The notes under the pieces are model-generated. The model ran no database searches. It was not told where the DNA came from and saw only the letters and a program-made list of their open reading frames with translations. From the IMG/VR virus record IMGVR_UViG_3300014137_000003: a stretch of DNA of 64,000 bases; one strand, 5' to 3'. The translations under genes and the position numbers were made by a program. This stretch comes from a virus. Positions 60,086 through 64,000 of the stretch are shown one piece after another. The stretch's first letter is position 1. Each line of letters begins with the position of its first letter.

Positions 60086-60910
60086 ATGAAAATAAGAAAA
60101 CTAATCGTGCTAGGGGGTGTTATATGCTCCTTAGCTTTCTCTTGTATAGGGGTAGTAACTCCTACAGTTCATGTTAGAGCAGAAACCCAAACTAGTTTCA
60201 GTTCTGACACTATAAAGATCAAATCTTCTTCCTACTTAGGTGATGAGTCTGCAATGTCCTTATTTATGCAGGTTGCTAAGGAGAGTAACGCTCACTCAGG
60301 TAGGGAAGTTCTATCTTACGATGGAAAGAGCAAGGTCATCTACTTTGACAACGCAGTTTATCAGGATATGTACCTAGAGGAGCGACAAGACTTTATGAAG
60401 TTTGCTCTTAAAATGGTAAACGATTCTAAGATAGATTCGAAAGGGAAGAATAAAATCTACAATTTTTTAACTTCCCAGGATAACGGTTCTGCTAAAATAT
60501 TGAGAAACCTAAAAGATGATGTGTCTGCCGATATTGCAAGTGGTCGTGAGTGGTGGGAACCCTTTAACGGACCAGTTACAACTATCTTAGGTCTTGTAGC
60601 CTTAGCTGTTTTTATTGGTACAGGTATTTCATTTGTAATAGATATAGCTTATATGGTACTTCCTATGGTTAGAACTATGATAGATAATAACCATAACGGC
60701 AAGTTACCTAAGCTTGTCTCATCTCAAGCTTACTTTGTAACAAGAGACCAAGACATGATGGGTAAAGGAAAGTATATGGGTAGTTACTTCATGAAGCGTA
60801 TATGGGTTGTTGCTCTATTATTCATAGCCTTGGGGTATTTGAATAGTGGGTTTATCTTTGATATTATTAGTAGATTCATGCAAGTATTCTCGGATGCTTT
60901 TGCAGAGTAG
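60086..60910 (+). CDS. envelope protein family member 4
   Basis: Signal peptide, then WWEPFNGPVTTILGLVALAVFIGTGISFVIDIAYMVLPMVRTM ... SYFMKRIWVVALLFIALGYL. The ectodomain segment MKFALKMVNDSKIDSKGKNKIYNFLTSQDN parallels MELALKTIKESQLPTKVKNKVTNFIADQDN in 58644. Confidence 0.7.
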   Translation: MKIRKLIVLGGVICSLAFSCIGVVTPTVHVRAETQTSFSSDTIKIKSSSYLGDESAMSLFMQVAKESNAHSGREVLSYDGKSKVIYFDNAVYQDMYLEERQDFMKFALKMVNDSKIDSKGKNKIYNFLTSQDNGSAKILRNLKDDVSADIASGREWWEPFNGPVTTILGLVALAVFIGTGISFVIDIAYMVLPMVRTMIDNNHNGKLPKLVSSQAYFVTRDQDMMGKGKYMGSYFMKRIWVVALLFIALGYLNSGFIFDIISRFMQVFSDAFAE

Positions 60911-60927
60911 TAGGAAAGGATTGGCAA

Positions 60928-63900
60928 ATGTTTAGAAAATTTGTTAATAGGTTATTAAGTTTAGGGTTAATCTTTATACTGTTAGGTGGTACTATAGTAC
61001 CTAGCCTTAACAGTGTTGTTTTTGCGGATGATGATAGTTCAGTAGTTACCTCTGACGAAGAGGATACTGGTTCAGATAAGTCAGATAGCAAAAAAGAGGA
61101 CAGTAAGAAAGACAGCAAGAAAGATAGCGAAGGTAACGAAAAGGGTGCAAAGTCTGACACTAAGGGTGCATCTTCTGACGGCTCTGCTAATAGTAGGGTT
61201 TCTACTTATATTAACTTCGCAGAAGGTAAGACTTTAGATTCGGCTTTAGTTAAGAGCTTGAATACTGAGCAACTCCGTTTTATGGGGGTATTCCTCAGTA
61301 ACTTCTATACTCCATGGATGACTGACCTCGGTAGTGGTAGTGATAAGACTTCTAAGGCAGCTCAAGAAGCTATGCAAACTGCCCTCAAAGACTATGCAGG
61401 TTTCGATGAAACTACTGCTAAAACCTTTGCAAACTACTTGCAGGGTATTACTAGGGCATCAGCTCAAAAGTTAACTCTTCGCTTTAAAGGTAAGCAGTCT
61501 GATGCTAAAACTGTAGACGCCCCTAAAGATTCTAAGATTAAAGGAAAAGAGTTTACTTATGCTGACTTACTTCTTATGGCTAGTGGGTATGTTTATGAGC
61601 ATAAGAAAGATCCAAGTTTTGAATCTTATGGTGGTAAGGACTACGGTGAAGGTGATTACCGTTATGGTTATCTAGGTTTTGAGAACTCTGACGGTTTCCA
61701 ACCCGTATTTAGTTTCGATACTCAAGCTAAAGATAATACAGCATCTATGGTAGCTTTCCTTAAAGCTATGGAAATGGTGGATACTGACAAAGGTTACGGT
61801 TTCGCAGCCTTAGACTTTAAGGACAAAGAGATTGATGTAACTGCAGAAGGCTTTAAAAAGTTGCTAGAGACTGTAGGAGAGAAGAACTTACAAAGTGGTT
61901 CCATCTATGGTGCACCCCTTAAGGTTTCTGCCTTTGGTGATATCATTTGGATGGGAGCAAACCACCAATATGTAATTCTTCCAGGTGCGATGAATCCCTT
62001 TACTTGGCAACGTACCGACAAGGATGGTAAAGATTACGGTAAGGCAGGTAATGCTCTTAACGTAGCAAATGCTCAAATGTTAGCCCATATTGGTAACAAC
62101 TCGTTGGGTAGTGTGAGCAAGGAAGAAGAAAAAAAGAGGGGTACGTTCTATGAACTATCACCACAAAACGGTGATCCTTTCCCTATGTCGAAGAGGGGCG
62201 AGGTTACTGACCTTAGGTTGGTAATTGGTTCTTCTGTCACTGATACCCAGCACTGGGGGGATACCTTGGCAGGTGCCTTTGGTAACAACAGCTCAGCTCA
62301 AGATAAACTCGGTCAGGCAATTAAGAAGGACTTCTTAAAACAACGTGGTCTAGACCTTAATGATAAAACTAAATTCTCTGGTGAGTATAATTCCCTTTAT
62401 GATATCTTTAGGGACGACAGTACAAAGCTACCTACTTTGGGGTATTCAGATGGCAAGGTTAATGTAATGGGTGGTCTTGCCTTACTTGATAGCTCAGGTT
62501 CTTATGGTTCTAAAAGCGATACTGGTGACTCATCTGAAGACTCTTATGGTAAAACTGATGATGAAGGTGGTAAATATAACCTAGTCCAAAAAGCAGATAT
62601 CATCAACGAAGCAGGAGATGGCTTTGAAAGTGCGTTTGGTAGTGCTAACGTTTCAGGAAATACTTGGGGTAACTCCTACAAAGAAACAAAAGACCAAGGT
62701 TATGCAAAATTAGATTCTTCAGGAACTGCTAAAACTACTTGGAAATATCTCTACACTACTTATCTTGTTGCAGGGTTAACAGATAACGGTAAGTTTGCAG
62801 GTGGCGACTACTTGGGGTATCGTATTAACTACCCAGCATCAGGGAATGGTAAAAATAAAGGTTTGCCAGATATCACAGGTGAATCTATTAACCTCTCAAA
62901 AGAAGATGAAGATGACTCAGTAACTAAAGCAATTCGTGACTGGTTGTATTACTTGTTACACCCTACAGACGGGTTTAAATATTTTGTAACTTGGATTACT
63001 AATAAAATCAAGGCTTTCATTATCGGTTGGCACAATGACATGGCTGGTACAGAAGGTGTTGGTGTACTTCCAGGTACTACTAAATATATTGGTTTTAGTG
63101 GGTATGTAACTACACCAGAACTTCAAGATATGTCTTGGACGAACGCCATGTTAAACTGGTATAAGTCAATCATTATTTACCTTATCATTGGTTTCTTTGT
63201 AATTATGATGGCTTATACACTACTAGGAATTTTAACATTCCAGAAATCAATACTTGGATTAGTTCTGTTTTCTGTGCTTGTATATACTCCTATCATAGTT
63301 GTAACTCAGTCTGTTAACTTGTCTAACAGGTTTGCAAACTTTGTATTTGGTGACAAGTTCGCCTATTGGGGTATCGTTCAGCAACAATCTTACTTCGCAG
63401 ACTTGGCTGACTCTATTGACTCATCTAATTCAACTTATAAGAATTACTTGTTAAATCTTTATAACGAGAATGCAAAAGAGTCAGGAAATCAGGGTGGCGA
63501 CAACATTGTACTTAGGTGGCAAGCTCCTAAGAAGATGGCAAACTTGGTTATGTCTAAAAATGAAGAGAACATCTACTCGGATGACTTCAAGCAAATGATT
63601 CAAGTGGTTACTGGTGGTAAGAACTCGGTTGAACACTTTACTGGTAATACATCTTCTACATATCTATATCGTTCATATACGGATATTGCAAACGTTTCAA
63701 TGTTTATGTATGGGGATCTCGTTTCTAACGGTCAAGCACGTGAAGGTGTAGACACTAAGACGGATACTTCTAACACTACTAGATGGTCTAAGGGTCTTAA
63801 AGACAACTGGGCTAACTTCACAACTAGGTATACAGACGATAGGAAAGACGGATATGGGGTAAAAGACTCTGAGGGTTCTACCGATGGTAGCCAAGCTTAC

Positions 63901-64000
63901 CGTGTAAGGTTGCCACTTGCAGGTAATATCTACTCAGATGCAGCGGATGTTGCAAAACAAGGTACGATTAAAGACTTAACACTAGGTAAGTATGTGGGTA
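60928..64000 (+). CDS. very large secreted/membrane protein, 5' part (>1,020 aa, runs off the window)
   Basis: Own translation from ATG 60928 (GGAAAGGA upstream) finds no stop to base 63999. Signal peptide LLSLGLIFILLGGTIVPSLNSVVFA, an acidic/Lys-rich linker and a ~700-aa ectodomain. Two TM helices lie near 63170-63300 (SIIIYLIIGFFVIMMAYTLLGIL / ILGLVLFSVLVYTPIIVV). It is not in the ORF track because it lacks a stop. Confidence 0.7.
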   Translation, partial: MFRKFVNRLLSLGLIFILLGGTIVPSLNSVVFADDDSSVVTSDEEDTGSDKSDSKKEDSKKDSKKDSEGNEKGAKSDTKGASSDGSANSRVSTYINFAEGKTLDSALVKSLNTEQLRFMGVFLSNFYTPWMTDLGSGSDKTSKAAQEAMQTALKDYAGFDETTAKTFANYLQGITRASAQKLTLRFKGKQSDAKTVDAPKDSKIKGKEFTYADLLLMASGYVYEHKKDPSFESYGGKDYGEGDYRYGYLGFENSDGFQPVFSFDTQAKDNTASMVAFLKAMEMVDTDKGYGFAALDFKDKEIDVTAEGFKKLLETVGEKNLQSGSIYGAPLKVSAFGDIIWMGANHQYVILPGAMNPFTWQRTDKDGKDYGKAGNALNVANAQMLAHIGNNSLGSVSKEEEKKRGTFYELSPQNGDPFPMSKRGEVTDLRLVIGSSVTDTQHWGDTLAGAFGNNSSAQDKLGQAIKKDFLKQRGLDLNDKTKFSGEYNSLYDIFRDDSTKLPTLGYSDGKVNVMGGLALLDSSGSYGSKSDTGDSSEDSYGKTDDEGGKYNLVQKADIINEAGDGFESAFGSANVSGNTWGNSYKETKDQGYAKLDSSGTAKTTWKYLYTTYLVAGLTDNGKFAGGDYLGYRINYPASGNGKNKGLPDITGESINLSKEDEDDSVTKAIRDWLYYLLHPTDGFKYFVTWITNKIKAFIIGWHNDMAGTEGVGVLPGTTKYIGFSGYVTTPELQDMSWTNAMLNWYKSIIIYLIIGFFVIMMAYTLLGILTFQKSILGLVLFSVLVYTPIIVVTQSVNLSNRFANFVFGDKFAYWGIVQQQSYFADLADSIDSSNSTYKNYLLNLYNENAKESGNQGGDNIVLRWQAPKKMANLVMSKNEENIYSDDFKQMIQVVTGGKNSVEHFTGNTSSTYLYRSYTDIANVSMFMYGDLVSNGQAREGVDTKTDTSNTTRWSKGLKDNWANFTTRYTDDRKDGYGVKDSEGSTDGSQAYRVRLPLAGNIYSDAADVAKQGTIKDLTLGKYVG

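Noticed and set aside
1-64000. Interpretation of the window as a prophage or phage genome
   Set aside because: I could not recognise a terminase, portal, capsid, tail, holin/endolysin or integrase. The ArdC, PrgA-like and AgI/II-type genes point to a conjugative or giant plasmid-like element instead. This remains open for the 44.5-53 kb ORFan block.
55367-64000. Calling the envelope cluster a type IV secretion system
   Set aside because: No VirB4/VirD4 ATPase, VirB6/VirB8-like protein, relaxase or peptidoglycan hydrolase motif is visible in the window. It is reported only as a candidate apparatus.
1-64000. GGGGTA as a telomere-like or G-quadruplex-forming repeat
   Set aside because: The copies are dispersed (hundreds of bp apart), never tandem, and carry single G4 runs. 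Four closely spaced G-runs needed for an intramolecular quadruplex are not seen, except arguably at 38880-38915, which uses GGGGCT rather than GGGGTA.
1-64000. GGGGTA enrichment as a by-product of amino-acid or codon preference (Gly-Val, Gly-Tyr, Arg-Gly)
   Set aside because: The hexamer occurs in all three codon phases and in intergenic DNA. If anything, the motif seems to drive the unusual use of GGG and AGG codons rather than result from it. A proper shuffle test is still needed.

Overview
The window is a densely packed, entirely + strand coded segment of about 72 genes. No minus-strand ORF is credible. It looks like part of a large mobile or extrachromosomal element of a Gram-positive, Streptococcus/Lactobacillales-type host. 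Host type is inferred from an antigen I/II-family LPXTG adhesin with a KxYKxGKxW-type signal, a YSIRK-type PrgA/Sec10-like LPXTG coiled-coil protein, and AT-rich DNA with GGAGG ribosome-binding sites.

Recognisable functions:
- An FHA / PP2C phosphatase / Hanks Ser-Thr kinase trio followed by two membrane proteins with acidic tails (1.6-8.4 kb).
- ArdC antirestriction protein, a ParB/Srx-fold DGQHR protein, an SF2 DEAH helicase, a PC4/YdbC-like ssDNA-binding protein, a small SAM methyltransferase and a 5'-3' exonuclease (FEN-like).
- A pCF10-like adhesin plus surface-exclusion pair (30-38 kb).
- An inserted IS200/IS605-type TnpB-related gene that appears to lack the zinc finger and the third RuvC acidic residue (38.9-40.6 kb).
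- A HAD nucleotidase-like protein, an EndA-like nuclease, a sigma-70 region 4 / RpoA alpha-CTD fusion, signal peptidase I, a DnaX-like clamp-loader subunit and a YdjM-like membrane hydrolase.

More than half of the genes are ORFans, and several form paralogous families:
- Five ~128-aa proteins.
- Four proteins carrying 1-4 copies of a 42-aa HTH-like repeat.
- Four envelope proteins sharing a C-terminal two-helix membrane module.

The most striking signal is at the DNA level. The hexamer GGGGTA occurs about 148 times on the + strand against 6 for its complement (hand count). It falls in all codon phases and in spacers, and is absent from the IS insertion and from the most host-like, highly expressed genes. 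No relaxase, VirB4/VirD4, terminase, portal, rRNA, tRNA or CRISPR array was seen. All family assignments are motif recognition by eye, because no searches were possible.
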